The notes: generated from the letters alone by a model not told the origin. 64,000 nt of DNA from Candidatus Latescibacterota bacterium (GCA_965242865.1 CBDETK010000013.1:576001-640000), one strand, 5' to 3'; positions 38,999 to 49,228 are shown, counted from the first letter of the stretch. Program-made: numbers and translations.

Positions 38999-40228
38999 AT
39001 GACCCTTCTCGAACCCCTGTTCGCTGGCTTGGGCCAGCTCCGGGCACACAAGCTGCGCTCGCTGCTGACGCTGTTGGGCATTGTCATTGGCGTGGCGGCC
39101 ATCATTGCCGTGGTGTCGCTCGGCGAGGGGCTGCGGCGTCAAGTGATCTCCCAGTTCGTTTTTAGCGGCGGCGCGGGCATGATCCGGGTGGAGCCGCCGC
39201 GCCAGTGGGTGCGCAAGGATGGCCGCTGGGTCCGCCGCCCTTGGCAGGAGTACCTGACCGAGGCCGACTTGGCGGCCATGCAGCGAGAAATCGACGAGCT
39301 GCACGCCCTCGTGCCCGAGATCCACGGCAATGCTGCGCTGTCGCACGGCAAGACCACCGTGCAGGCGAGCTATACCGGTACTTCGGCTGCGTTCAACGAG
39401 GGCTTCAACTGGCCCTTGGCCCGCGGCCGCTCCCTGAGCGCGTTGGACTTGCGTCTCGCCCGCAAGGTCTGCCTGCTCGGCCACGACGTGCGTACAGACC
39501 TCTTTCAGGAAGCCGAGCCGCTGGGCGCGGAGATCAAGCTCAACGGCGACCGCTACGTGGTCGTGGGGGTGCTCGCCGAGCGCGTCCGCTTTGGCCAAAG
39601 CGAGGGCAATCGCGTGTTGGTCCCGTACACCACGGCGCAAAAGCGGCTCAACGGCGTGGATCACTTCTCTGGGCTGACGCTTTTCGTCGAGGATTTGACG
39701 GCTGTCGAGCGGGTCGTCCATGCGGTGCGCCGCGTTCTCCGGCGCCACCACGAGCACGGCGACGCCTTTGAGGTGGAAGCCAGCCAAGGGCAAATCGACC
39801 GCGCCAACGAGTTCTTCCGCGTCCTGCAGCAAGTGGGCGGTGGGATTGCCGGGATTTCCCTGCTGGTCGGCGGCATTGGCATTATGAACATCCTGCTGGT
39901 ATCGGTGGCCGAGCGCACCCGCGAGATTGGCATCCGCAAGGCCCTCGGCGCCAAGCCGCGCCACATCCTCGGCCAGTTCCTCGCCGAGGCCGTCGTCTTG
40001 AGCCTAGTCGGCGGTCTGCTGGGCATCCTCAGCGGCTTGGGGTTGGGCTTGGGAGCGGCCTTCGTTATTCAGCAACTCGCGCCCGGCGCGCCTTTTACCA
40101 GCATTGTCGCGGCTGAGTCCGTGCTCTGGGCCGTTGGCTTTTCATCGGGCGTCGGCATCTTCTTCGGCGTCTATCCCGCCTTTCGCGCGGCCCGGCTCGA
40201 TCCGGTAGAGGCGTTGCGTCGCACGTGA
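38999..40228 (+). CDS. MacB-like ABC transporter permease
   Basis: [42 protein letters not shown]. Confidence 0.92.
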   Translation: MTLLEPLFAGLGQLRAHKLRSLLTLLGIVIGVAAIIAVVSLGEGLRRQVISQFVFSGGAGMIRVEPPRQWVRKDGRWVRRPWQEYLTEADLAAMQREIDELHALVPEIHGNAALSHGKTTVQASYTGTSAAFNEGFNWPLARGRSLSALDLRLARKVCLLGHDVRTDLFQEAEPLGAEIKLNGDRYVVVGVLAERVRFGQSEGNRVLVPYTTAQKRLNGVDHFSGLTLFVEDLTAVERVVHAVRRVLRRHHEHGDAFEVEASQGQIDRANEFFRVLQQVGGGIAGISLLVGGIGIMNILLVSVAERTREIGIRKALGAKPRHILGQFLAEAVVLSLVGGLLGILSGLGLGLGAAFVIQQLAPGAPFTSIVAAESVLWAVGFSSGVGIFFGVYPAFRAARLDPVEALRRT

Positions 40229-41448
40229 TCTTCCTCGAAGCCATCCGCATTGCCCTCGGGCAAATATGGGTCAACAAGTTGCGCGCGGCCCTGACCCTGC
40301 TGGGCATGACGATTGGGGTCGGCGCGGTCGTCGGCATCGTGTCCATTGGCGAGGGGATGCGGCAGTTTGTCATCGACGAGTTCGGCAAGCTGGGCGGGGC
40401 GCAATTCGTGATGGTCTCGCCGCAATACATGCATCTCAGGGATGGCCGCTGGGTTCCCAATCCCCGCTATAAGCCCTTGACTATGGACGACCTGCACGTG
40501 GTCGAGCAAGCCTCCGACCGCTTGGCCGCGGTCCTGCCCTCTATGACGCACGGGGCCGATCTGCGCTATCGCAAGGCCAGTTACCAGAGCCGGGCGGCCG
40601 GGACCCTGCCCGAATTCGCCGCGGTGTACAATTGGCAGGTCGCCGAGGGGCGCTTCCTAATCAACGCCGACTTAGAGCAGCTGCGCCGGGTCTGCGTGAT
40701 TGGGAAAAAGGTGCGCGAGGAGGTGTTTGGCTTGGCCCCCTTCTTGGGCCGCGAGCTCAAGCTCAACGGCCAGCGCTTTACGGTCGTCGGCCTCATGGAG
40801 GACCGCCAGACCTTTGGCGAGGACTGGGGCGACCAAGTGCTGGTGCCGGTGACGACGGCCCAGCGCCGCCTCGCCGGCAACAAGTTCATCCAATCCTTGG
40901 TCGCCCACGCCAAGGAGCCCGAAGACGTGCCCCACCTTACCGTTGCGATTGAAGAGGCCCTCAAAAAGCACCACGGCCCGGAGGCGAGCTATCAGATCTT
41001 CAGCGGCCGCAGCATCCTAGAGCAGGTCGAGCAAACCATTTTGCTGCTGAAGTTGGTCGTGGGTGGGATTGCCGGGATTTCCCTGTTGGTCGGCGGCATT
41101 GGCATTATGAACATCTTGCTGGTGTCGGTGGCCGAGCGCACCCGCGAGATCGGCATTCGCAAGGCCCTCGGCGCCAAGCCGGTGACCCTGTTGTGGCAAT
41201 TCGTGATAGAGGCGATGGCACTGAGCTTGACCGGGGGCGCGCTCGGGGTGGCGGCGGGCTACGGGTTGGGCGAGGGCATTGCGCGCGTCATTTCCCATTA
41301 CAGCGAATTGAACTTTCCTAGCATTGTCTCGCCCGAGGCCACCCTGCTGGTACTGGCCTTGTCCATCGCGATTGGTCTTTTCTTTGGCATCTACCCGGCG
41401 GCCCGCGCCTCGCGGCTCGACCCGGTGGATGCTTTGCGCTCGGAGTGA
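40225..41448 (+). CDS. MacB-like ABC transporter permease
   Basis: Same motifs; start overlaps the upstream stop (GTGA). Confidence 0.92.
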   Translation: MIFLEAIRIALGQIWVNKLRAALTLLGMTIGVGAVVGIVSIGEGMRQFVIDEFGKLGGAQFVMVSPQYMHLRDGRWVPNPRYKPLTMDDLHVVEQASDRLAAVLPSMTHGADLRYRKASYQSRAAGTLPEFAAVYNWQVAEGRFLINADLEQLRRVCVIGKKVREEVFGLAPFLGRELKLNGQRFTVVGLMEDRQTFGEDWGDQVLVPVTTAQRRLAGNKFIQSLVAHAKEPEDVPHLTVAIEEALKKHHGPEASYQIFSGRSILEQVEQTILLLKLVVGGIAGISLLVGGIGIMNILLVSVAERTREIGIRKALGAKPVTLLWQFVIEAMALSLTGGALGVAAGYGLGEGIARVISHYSELNFPSIVSPEATLLVLALSIAIGLFFGIYPAARASRLDPVDALRSE

Positions 41449-41452
41449 TCTC

Positions 41453-42133
41453 GTGCTGATCGAACTGAATGGCATTAGCAAGGTGTATGTGCGCGGCACC
41501 GAAGAGGTACACGCCCTGCGGGCGGTGGATTTGGCGATTGACGCCAACGAATACGTCGCGCTGATGGGGCCTTCTGGCTCGGGGAAATCCACCCTGATGA
41601 ACATCCTCGGCTGCTTGGACTCGCCCACGGCCGGGACGTATCGCTTGGCTGGCGCGGACGTGTCGCGGATGAATGCCAACGAGTTGGCCGAAGTGCGCAA
41701 CCGCCGCGTTGGCTTCATCTTTCAGACCTTCAACCTGCTGCCGCGCGCGTCCGCGCTGCAAAACGTCGAGCTGCCGCTGATTTACAACGGCCAACGCCGC
41801 AAGGTGCGCCGCGCCCGGGCGACGCAGGCGTTAGAGCGGGTTGGTTTGGCCGACCGCATGACGCACCGGCCGACCGAGCTGTCCGGCGGCCAATGTCAGC
41901 GGGTGGCCATTGCCCGCGCCTTAGCCAACGAGCCTTCGCTGATCCTCGCGGACGAGCCGACCGGCAACCTCGACTCTCGCACCGGCGAGGAGATCATGGT
42001 GCTCTTCGACGCCTTACACGACGAGGGCAACACCGTGCTCTTGGTGACCCACGATCCCGTCATTGCCCTGCAGGCCAAGCGGCTGATCCGCATCCACGAC
42101 GGCCGCATTGCTTCGGACGAGCGGCTGGGGTAG
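41453..42133 (+). CDS. MacB/LolD-type ABC ATP-binding protein
   Basis: [30 protein letters not shown]. Confidence 0.93.
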   Translation: MLIELNGISKVYVRGTEEVHALRAVDLAIDANEYVALMGPSGSGKSTLMNILGCLDSPTAGTYRLAGADVSRMNANELAEVRNRRVGFIFQTFNLLPRASALQNVELPLIYNGQRRKVRRARATQALERVGLADRMTHRPTELSGGQCQRVAIARALANEPSLILADEPTGNLDSRTGEEIMVLFDALHDEGNTVLLVTHDPVIALQAKRLIRIHDGRIASDERLG

Positions 42134-42162
42134 TGCGCTGAGGCACCGCATCGGCCGGCTCA

Positions 42163-42198
42163 TTGACGCAACTTTCGCGTTCCACTACTCTTGCGTTA
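42163..42198 (+). promoter_or_regulatory. Putative TA promoter (TTGACG-17-TACTCT) overlapped by inverted repeat TGACGCAA..TTGCGTTA
   Basis: Read directly; position fits an autoregulatory operator. Confidence 0.5.
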
Positions 42199-42265
42199 TA
42201 GAGCCATCGCGGACCGCTCCCGGTCCTCGTTGGCTGCTATATTCTGCGGATACTGGAGGCTTCTA

Positions 42266-42508
42266 ATGAAGAACATCACCATCACCTTACCGGAGGATGT
42301 CGCTCGGTGGCTGCGGGTCAAGGCCGCCGAAAACGAGCGCAGCGTCTCCAAATGGCTGGCCGAGCTGCTGGAAGATATGCAGCACCAAGAAGACGAGTAC
42401 AAGGTCGCAATGGAACGCTATTTGGCGATGCAGCCACGCAAGATCAACTGGCTGGCCGGCCGCCGGCCGACACGCGAGGAATTGTATGATCGGCCCGGTC
42501 TTCGTTGA
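42266..42508 (+). CDS. Ribbon-helix-helix antitoxin (VapB/CopG-like)
   Basis: MKNITITLPEDVARWLRVKAA..SVS..TREELYDR; SD GGAGG. Confidence 0.85.
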   Translation: MKNITITLPEDVARWLRVKAAENERSVSKWLAELLEDMQHQEDEYKVAMERYLAMQPRKINWLAGRRPTREELYDRPGLR

Positions 42509-42950
42509 CACCAACGTTTTCGTGTACCGCCACGATAGCTCGGATCCGTCAAAGCAGGCTTGCGCCGAGCAATGGATCAGACTACTCGTGCATAGTCGCT
42601 CTGGTCGTCTGAGCTTTCAGGTGCTCCAAGAACTCTACGCGACTCTCACGCACGCGCAGCGGCTGAACCTTGGCCGGTCGGAGGCCCAAGAGATCGTCAA
42701 GATGCTCGCAACGTGGCGACCGATAGCCGTTGACCTCGCGATGCTGAACCGAGCTTGGGCCTTGCAGGACCGTTTTTTCGTGTCTTGGTGGGACGCGCTC
42801 ATCATCGCCGCCGCCCAGACCTGCGAGTGCCAGGTTCTGCTGACCGAGGACCTACAACACGCCCAAGAGTTCGGCGCGGTTCGGGTAGTCAATCCGTTTG
42901 CCGCGCCGGACCGGCCGCCGGAAGAGATACTGGCAGCGTTGGCGGTGTGA
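42486..42950 (+). CDS. PIN-domain toxin (VapC-like)
   Basis: FVDTNVFVY, QVLQE, SWWDALIIAAA, LLTEDL. Confidence 0.9.
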   Translation: MIGPVFVDTNVFVYRHDSSDPSKQACAEQWIRLLVHSRSGRLSFQVLQELYATLTHAQRLNLGRSEAQEIVKMLATWRPIAVDLAMLNRAWALQDRFFVSWWDALIIAAAQTCECQVLLTEDLQHAQEFGAVRVVNPFAAPDRPPEEILAALAV

Positions 42951-42977
42951 GCGTTTAATCGCCGCACGACCTCGCCC

Positions 42978-43010
42978 TCGCGCCGGTCGAGATGATCTTT
43001 GACCGGCGAG
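42978..43010. terminator. GC-rich hairpin after the PIN gene
   Basis: CGCCGGTC..GACCGGCG stem. Confidence 0.45.
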
Positions 43011-43059
43011 CTAGTTTAAGCACACCTCTATACTTCCATCATCAAGGAGGAATACCACC

Positions 43060-43938
43060 ATGTTCGTCCGTGCATTCGCGTCCATCGCCCTCGTCTTTCT
43101 TCCCTTCTCTGCGACCGCTCAGATTACCCTCGCTCCCGACGATTTGCGCCTGCCCTTGGGCATGGCTTGGGAACAAGAAATCGCCACAGCCCAAGTCAGC
43201 CTAGCGGCTTCCGAATTCAACATCGGCTCTGCTGGTGCCGACCAATCCTTTGACCTGACTGGCGGCCTCGCCCACAGTACGTCCATTCGCGTTCGCAGTT
43301 CGGTCATCCCGCTGGAGCAGGCCCCCGCTGCCGCTCGCTTCCCCGACGCGGATTACGCCATCCACAACATTGTGCCTGTGTCCGGCACAATGGAAGAAAT
43401 CGAGACGTACCACTATTTCCAGCACACTGCCGCAGGCGATGTTCCCATCGGGGCCGAAGGACCAGCCGGACGAGTTCCCATCTCGATGGTCGATATAGGA
43501 ACGCCTTGGCCGCTGGAATTCGGCAAAAGCTGGACCATTGAAAATTTCTCCTTGGACCAGACTATAGCACCGGGAGTAACAAGTTCCGGTGTGTACGATT
43601 ATCAATACGCGGTTGATGCGTGGGGCGAGATTCGGCTGCCAGCGGGCACCTTTGAGTGCCTGCGCGTTCACCAGACAGGCACGGGCGTCGTTACCTTCAC
43701 GGGCGACGCCCGACTCGAGGCGTTGGGTGAAGTGACCGCCCAGATAGATGCCTATGGCTGGTACGCCCGTGGGATTGGGGCCATCGCCATGGTCATAGAG
43801 ACGAGGCAGACTTTTACCGACGGCAATCCCCCACCAACTACGACCACCCTAGTCGCCCGCCTCACTGAGGTGTCCAGCCCGGCCAGCGCGGTAGCCGCCA
43901 CGAGTTGGGGGGCCGTCAAGCAAACGTTTGCCGAATAG
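43060..43938 (+). CDS. Secreted hypothetical protein ending SAVAATSWGAVKQTF
   Basis: Signal peptide; VDAWGEIRLPAGTFECLRV and WYARGIG (DUF3108-like); SD AAGGAGG. Confidence 0.7.
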   Translation: MFVRAFASIALVFLPFSATAQITLAPDDLRLPLGMAWEQEIATAQVSLAASEFNIGSAGADQSFDLTGGLAHSTSIRVRSSVIPLEQAPAAARFPDADYAIHNIVPVSGTMEEIETYHYFQHTAAGDVPIGAEGPAGRVPISMVDIGTPWPLEFGKSWTIENFSLDQTIAPGVTSSGVYDYQYAVDAWGEIRLPAGTFECLRVHQTGTGVVTFTGDARLEALGEVTAQIDAYGWYARGIGAIAMVIETRQTFTDGNPPPTTTTLVARLTEVSSPASAVAATSWGAVKQTFAE

Positions 43939-43941
43939 GTT

Positions 43942-43974
43942 TTACTGCCACTTGGTGCCGAGCAAGTACTTCAC
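43942..43974 (-). pseudogene. 10-codon stump of a VapC toxin (MKYLLGTKWQ)
   Basis: GTG overlaps the antitoxin TGA; matches the PIN start MKYLLDT with D->G, then stop. Confidence 0.55.
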
Positions 43975-44210
43975 TGACAGGCTTCCCAATCGTCCTCGCC
44001 GAGTGGCTCATCCCAACCGGGCTGGTACGCGACCGTACCGCGGAGTGAGCCGAAGAAGGATTGGGGGTCGGGTTTGGCGTCCGGCTCTGGGGGGACGATG
44101 CAGGCTACGACCTTGCCGCGGTTGGTCAATTCCACGGTTTCATATTTGGTGCCGACTTCGCGCACGACTTGGGTGCATTTGGCTTTGAACTCGCTGATGG
44201 ACATCTGCAT
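43971..44210 (-). CDS. Phd/YefM-family antitoxin
   Basis: MSISEFKAKC..VELTNRGKVVA..FGSLRG..DEPL. Confidence 0.9.
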   Translation of the reverse strand: MQMSISEFKAKCTQVVREVGTKYETVELTNRGKVVACIVPPEPDAKPDPQSFFGSLRGTVAYQPGWDEPLGEDDWEACQ

Positions 44211-44222
44211 GACCTCAACTCC

Positions 44223-44250
44223 TGACTATATGGTCATTTCATAAGACCAT
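44223..44250. promoter_or_regulatory. Palindromic operator upstream of phd (ATGGTC-N9-GACCAT; TGACTATATGGTCA)
   Basis: Inverted repeats read directly. Confidence 0.55.
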
Positions 44251-44298
44251 GTTAAACGGCACACCGCCTGTTGTCAATAATTTCCGTAGTGCCCTGCT

Positions 44299-44358
44299 AC
44301 ACCCCCGCCGGTGCCGGTCCCCGTCGCCTAATCCAACGACTCGACAGTATGTACTACC
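44299..44358 (-). repeat. Degenerate second copy of the glcF 3' end (matches 45469-45530)
   Basis: ACACCCCCG..CCCCGTCGCC.AATCCAAC..CTCGAC.GTATG.AC.ACC is shared. Confidence 0.8.
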
Positions 44359-44427
44359 CATCGCGGCTCAACCTTTTTCACGACAAAGGCAACGCGGGAT
44401 GACCGAGCGTTGACGAGTGCCAGTTAA

Positions 44428-44808
44428 TCACTACTACCGGATCATCTTTCAACAATTGGATTAAACACCCTGCTCAGGAAAGTGCGGGATATTGACGACC
44501 TTATGAAGAAAGCGGCGGTGATAGCTGGAAGAAAGGAAAGCCGCAACCGTGTTGCGAAGTTTGGGGCTGTTCTTTTTGTTCGTGTGCGAATAGGGGGTTC
44601 AAGGCTAACGGCGGCACATGAAAGTAGAATGGGGGATATTCGGTCGGATTTACAGTGTTTTGATACGCACACGACCGAGTTGATTGGATATACCGAAGCG
44701 GCGGCGAATAGTCTGCCGGTGTGGCTGTATGATTCCGATAATGCCCGCCGGGCTACAGAGAAACAGGAATATCCTTCCATCGTTGAGGAGTTGTTGGAGA
44801 AATTCTGA
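44428..44808 (+). pseudogene. C-terminal fragment of a ParA/MinD-family ATPase
   Basis: PDHLSTIGL in frame upstream of the called ORF; EAAANSLPV..EYPSIVEEL; no Walker A. Confidence 0.55.
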
Positions 44809-45398
44809 TGAACAATTCAGCAAAGTTGACCGGACGGAAGTTGGACCGATTTCTGAGTGATCTTTCGGAGCTGATCGACACGTTTCCCTCACGGGAGACA
44901 AAGTCTCGGTTGGATCAGGAGTTAGGAGTATTAATTGGCTTCTTGGAGGAATTCAGAGAGCGGTTGAGATCTCTTCCTACGGAAGAGGATATGGACGGCG
45001 TCACGTCAGCCATCGAAACGATAAAAGACCAATTGCGTATCGCAGAGTCGGATCCCATGCTGTCTCGTGTAATTGGTATTTTGCCGGACAATGAAGCACC
45101 GAGCAAGTCTCAACACAAACCCATGACGAAACAGGATCACGAGGAAGCGAAGACTACGGCGGAAGCGATGAAAGGGATGGTACTTGGGGATATAGAGCAT
45201 AAGCTCAAGGACAAAAAAAAGTACAACAACGCCATGTTGCGGCAGATTGGAAATGAACTGGGACTACGCTTTCCCTCTAAGTCAACGCGGCTGTCGATGA
45301 TCGATAGGATCATAAAGCATATATCTAATCTTCAAGGGTACAGGTATCTTAGACATGGGGATGATAGGCCCCTGACGGAGATAACGGTTAACGAGTGA
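44808..45398 (+). CDS. Hypothetical protein, lower GC, ParA-associated
   Basis: Start overlaps the preceding stop; C-terminal LRQIGNELGL helix-extension-helix-like segment. Confidence 0.65.
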   Translation: MNNSAKLTGRKLDRFLSDLSELIDTFPSRETKSRLDQELGVLIGFLEEFRERLRSLPTEEDMDGVTSAIETIKDQLRIAESDPMLSRVIGILPDNEAPSKSQHKPMTKQDHEEAKTTAEAMKGMVLGDIEHKLKDKKKYNNAMLRQIGNELGLRFPSKSTRLSMIDRIIKHISNLQGYRYLRHGDDRPLTEITVNE

Positions 45399-45463
45399 GT
45401 ACATTTTTATACGAGCACCAGCCAATGTGCTGGAAGTCCGCCTGTCTCCTAGTCTAAATCCGT

Positions 45464-46750
45464 CTATGACACCCCCGCTGGCCGAGGCCCCCCCGTCGCC
45501 CAATCCAACAGCTCGACGGTATGCACGACCGGCACCTCAGCGCGGGCGGCAATTTGCTCCATGCAGCCGATGTTGCCCGCGGCCACGACCTGCGGCGCGA
45601 CGCGGGCGATGTGCTCCACCTTGCGCGCTTGCAGCTTTTGCGCCAAGTGGGGGCGCAGCATGTTATAAGTGCCCGCACTGCCGCAGCAGATATGCCCCTC
45701 GGGCACCTCAACCACCTCAAAGCCCGCCGCCCTCAGCAGGTGCCGCGGCGGCTCGGTGACGTGCAAGCCGTGTTGGAGCGAACAGGCGTCGTGATAGGCC
45801 ACCCGCAGGGCCGGCGCACGACCAGCCTCGCCCAGCCCCAACTGCGCCACCACCTCAGAAACGTCCCGCACCCGCGCCACCACCGCTTTGGCCTTGTCGG
45901 CCCACTGCGGGTCGTGGCGAAAGATGTGATCGTATTCCTTAATCGCCGTACCGCACCCCGACGTATTGAGCACAATCGCGTCCAAACCGCCCGTTTCTAG
46001 CTCGCGATGCCAAACCTCAAGGGCGCGCTGCATCAGCTTGCGGCTGTGCCGACGCTCTCCTAGATGAAACGTCAGCGCACCGCAACAGCCCATGTCCGGC
46101 GGGATGACCACCTCAGCCCCCAGCCGCGTCAGTAGCCGCACGGTCGCATCGTTGATCTGCGGCCCCAACACCTGTTGGACGCACCCGGTGAGCAGGGCCA
46201 CGCGCAGCCGCCGCGTGCCCTCGGCCGGCACGACCCCGGGCCGAGCCACAGCCGCCGGCCGCGGCAACCGCTTGGGCGTCATGGCCAACAGCGGCCGCAG
46301 GGCTCGGGGCAGCAGGCCGGAGAACGCACGACCCACGCCAGCCATTTTGAGTGCCCAGCGCATGCGGGCCGGATAGGGCAACAGCCGCGTCAGCAGGGCG
46401 CGCAGCATGCGGTCCGCCCAAGGCCGCTTGACGAGCTTTTCCAGCCGCGGCCGGGCCGTTTCCAAGAGGCGCGAGTAATCCACGCCGCTCGGGCAGGTGG
46501 TCTCGCACGCGAGGCAGCCGAGGCAGTTGTCAATGTGCTCGACCGTCTGCTCGCTTGGGGGGACATCCTCTTCAAGCATGTTTTTGATCAGGTAAATGCG
46601 GCCGCGCGGGCCTTCGAGTTCGTTGCCGGTGAGCAAATAGGTGGGGCAGGTGGCATTGCAAAAGCCGCAGTGGACGCAGGCGCGCAACACCTGTTCGGAC
46701 GCGGCAACCTCCGGGTCTTGCAGCCGATGCGGGGGAATGGTCGTGCGCAT
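45464..46750 (-). CDS. glcF: Glycolate oxidase iron-sulfur subunit
   Basis: CVHCGFCNATCPTY, CLGCLACETTCPSGV, CCGAL, SGCG, CCGSAGTYN. Confidence 0.92.
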   Translation of the reverse strand: MRTTIPPHRLQDPEVAASEQVLRACVHCGFCNATCPTYLLTGNELEGPRGRIYLIKNMLEEDVPPSEQTVEHIDNCLGCLACETTCPSGVDYSRLLETARPRLEKLVKRPWADRMLRALLTRLLPYPARMRWALKMAGVGRAFSGLLPRALRPLLAMTPKRLPRPAAVARPGVVPAEGTRRLRVALLTGCVQQVLGPQINDATVRLLTRLGAEVVIPPDMGCCGALTFHLGERRHSRKLMQRALEVWHRELETGGLDAIVLNTSGCGTAIKEYDHIFRHDPQWADKAKAVVARVRDVSEVVAQLGLGEAGRAPALRVAYHDACSLQHGLHVTEPPRHLLRAAGFEVVEVPEGHICCGSAGTYNMLRPHLAQKLQARKVEHIARVAPQVVAAGNIGCMEQIAARAEVPVVHTVELLDWATGGPRPAGVS

Positions 46751-46754
46751 GAGG

Positions 46755-47225
46755 TCAGCTCCGTTCGTCCCGCAGCCAGCGCGACAGGGCCTTGTCGGGT
46801 GCGCTAATTTCTGCGAGCGAGGTGTAGTAGTAGGCTTGCCAGCCATCTTGCGGCAGGCCGGTGAACAGCATCAGGTTCAGGGGGTAGTTTTCTGAATCCG
46901 TGCAGCGGCGGAAGTCGTCGCGAAAGAGAAAGGTCGGCTTGCCGAGGGCAATGGCTGCCCCCAGCTCGACCATTACTCCCTCGTCCGGGGGCGTCCCATT
47001 GACAATGGCGAAAATGGCGTCGGCCTCGACCACGTCGCGCAAGTCGGCTTGGCCGACCGCGTAGGCCCAGCCCGGCGCGGAAAAGTCAACTTGGTTGTTG
47101 CGGGCAAAAGGCTCCCACACTTCAGCCCCCAAGGCCTCCAACGCGGCGACAAACTGCGGCAGGAGCCGCTCCTTCCAATGCGGCGAGAATCCATAAGGGC
47201 TAGCGAGATAGAGGGTCTTTTTCAT
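46755..47225 (-). CDS. Nucleoside 2-deoxyribosyltransferase family protein
   Basis: YLASPYGFS, PDEGVMVELGAA, LNLM. Confidence 0.85.
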   Translation of the reverse strand: MKKTLYLASPYGFSPHWKERLLPQFVAALEALGAEVWEPFARNNQVDFSAPGWAYAVGQADLRDVVEADAIFAIVNGTPPDEGVMVELGAAIALGKPTFLFRDDFRRCTDSENYPLNLMLFTGLPQDGWQAYYYTSLAEISAPDKALSRWLRDERS

Positions 47226-47326
47226 AGTGCGCTCCAGTGTTGTGTATATACAGCTGGCTGAAAAGATACGCGATACGCCCTATATTCTGTAATATAGGCC
47301 CTACAACGCAAACGAGGCGTCCCTCC

Positions 47327-48361
47327 ATGGCAAAGCCGTCCCTCATCCTCCGCGAAAACACCCCACTGGCACCTCTCACCACCATGGGCCTCGGCGGCCC
47401 GGCGCGCTACTTGGCCGAGTGTACCTCTTTGGCTGAGTTGCGCGCCTGCTTGACGTGGGCGGCGGCCGAGGGCCTGCCCGTGCAAGTGCTCGGCCGCGGC
47501 AGCAACGTGCTGTTTGCCGACGCGGGATACAGCGGCGTAGTGCTCAAAGTGGACCTCCGCGGCATGGCGTTTTCCGGCGAGACCGTTGAGGTGGCGGCGG
47601 GCGAGGACTGGGATGGCTTTGTGCAGTGCTGCGTGGAGCGCGGCTTAGCCGGCGTAGAATGTCTTTCGGGCATCCCCGGGTCGGTGGGGGCGACGCCCAT
47701 CCAAAACGTGGGTGCTTATGGCCAAGAAGTAAAAGACACCATCGCGGAAGTGCGCGTCCTCGACCGGCAGACCTTGGCGGAAGTCGCGTTTGCCCCGGCC
47801 GAGTGCGGCTTTGCCTACCGCCAGAGCCGCTTTAAGGGCGCGGACCGCGACCGCTTTATCGTGACCTCGGTGACGTATCGCTTGGACGCGGGCGGCCAGC
47901 CGCAAATCCGCTACCCCGAGCTGCGCCGGCACGTGCGCGACGCCCAACCGACCTTAGCCGCGGTGCGCGCCGCCGTGCTCGCGCTCCGCCACGGCAAGTC
48001 CATGGTCATCGACCCGCAAGACCCCAACGCCCGGTCGGTCGGCTCTTTCTTCCTAAATCCAGTCCTCAACGCGGCCGCTTTTGCCGCCTTGCAAGACCGC
48101 TATCCCAAGGTCCCGCACTTTCCCGATGCGGCGGGCGTCAAAGTCCCGGCCGCTTGGCTGGTGGAGCAAGCGGGATTTCACAAGGGGTTGCAACGGGGTG
48201 AGGTCGGCATTTCCGAGCGACACGCGCTGGCCTTAGTCAATCGCCGTGGCACGACCCGCCAAGTCCTCGCCTTGGCCGGTGAGATTCGGGACGCGGTCGA
48301 GCAAACCTTTGGCATTCGGCTGGAGCGGGAGCCGGTGTTGGTGGAGAATCCTCGGCCGTGA
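47327..48361 (+). CDS. murB: UDP-N-acetylenolpyruvoylglucosamine reductase
   Basis: LGRGSN, GIPGSVGATPIQNVGAYG, GSFFLNP, HALALVN, LEREP. Confidence 0.95.
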   Translation: MAKPSLILRENTPLAPLTTMGLGGPARYLAECTSLAELRACLTWAAAEGLPVQVLGRGSNVLFADAGYSGVVLKVDLRGMAFSGETVEVAAGEDWDGFVQCCVERGLAGVECLSGIPGSVGATPIQNVGAYGQEVKDTIAEVRVLDRQTLAEVAFAPAECGFAYRQSRFKGADRDRFIVTSVTYRLDAGGQPQIRYPELRRHVRDAQPTLAAVRAAVLALRHGKSMVIDPQDPNARSVGSFFLNPVLNAAAFAALQDRYPKVPHFPDAAGVKVPAAWLVEQAGFHKGLQRGEVGISERHALALVNRRGTTRQVLALAGEIRDAVEQTFGIRLEREPVLVENPRP

Positions 48362-48516
48362 ACGAAGCGACCGCTCGGCGCAAGATCGACCGGCTGCTCG
48401 AAAACGCGGGTTGGCGATTCTTCGACGACGACGCTGGCCGAGCCAATATCCGCTTGGAAGCGCAGGTCGCCCTCAAGCGCGACGACCTCGACCGCTCCCG
48501 TAACTCACAGTCCTGA
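48358..48516 (+). pseudogene. hsdR: Type I restriction subunit HsdR N-terminal stump (52 aa)
   Basis: MNEATARRKIDRLLENAGWRFF..ANIRLE; not in the ORF track; GTG overlaps the murB stop. Confidence 0.7.
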
Positions 48517-48526
48517 CAATATCAAT

Positions 48527-49228
48527 ATGCTCGACACCGCGACCAAACGCCGGATTGACACAGCCCGCGACATCCTCGTCGGCAAAGTGCCCGACCCGAA
48601 GAACCAAGTGGAACAGATCACCATCGCGCTCATCTACAAATTCATGGACGACCTCGATGCCGAGAGCGAGGAGTTGGGCGGGCAGCGCACGTTCTTTGCC
48701 GGTGAATTCGCCGGCTATGGGTGGGCCAAGCTGATGCAAGCCGGCTTGGGCGGCCACGAGACCTTGAACCTGTACGCCGAGGCCATTGCGCGGATGCCGG
48801 AAAACCCGGGCATGCCGCTGCTGTTCCGCAGCATTTTCAACAATGCCTATCTTCCCTACCGCGACCCAGAGACCTTGCGCGCCTTCCTCGCGATCATCGA
48901 CGAGTTCGCGTATGATCACAGCGAGCGGCTGGGCGATGCCTTTGAGTATCTGCTCTCGGTGCTTGGCTCGCAGGGCGACGCTGGGCAGTTTCGCACACCG
49001 CGCCACGTCATCGACTTCATGGTCGCCGTTATTGACCCCAAGAAAGACGAGACTGTTCTCGATCCGGCCTGCGGCACGGCCGGGTTCTTGATTTCGTCGT
49101 ACAAGCACATTCTCAAGGCCAATACCGACGCCGAGGGCTACAGTACGCTGACGCCCGACGAAAAGGGGACGCTCGCGGCCATACGCCATTCCATCAAGGT
49201 AAAACCGAGTTTGGTCGAATGTTCATAG
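48527..49228 (+). pseudogene. hsdM: HsdM N-terminal part, truncated before the catalytic NPP(F/Y) motif
   Basis: LGDAFEYLL, GQFRTPRHV, LDPACGTAGFL; homology ends near 49177. Confidence 0.8.

Noticed and set aside
42951-43020. attC-like integron site after the PIN toxin
   Set aside because: Hairpin present, but no proper RYYYAAC/GTTRRRY boxes, no recurrence at other cassettes and no integrase
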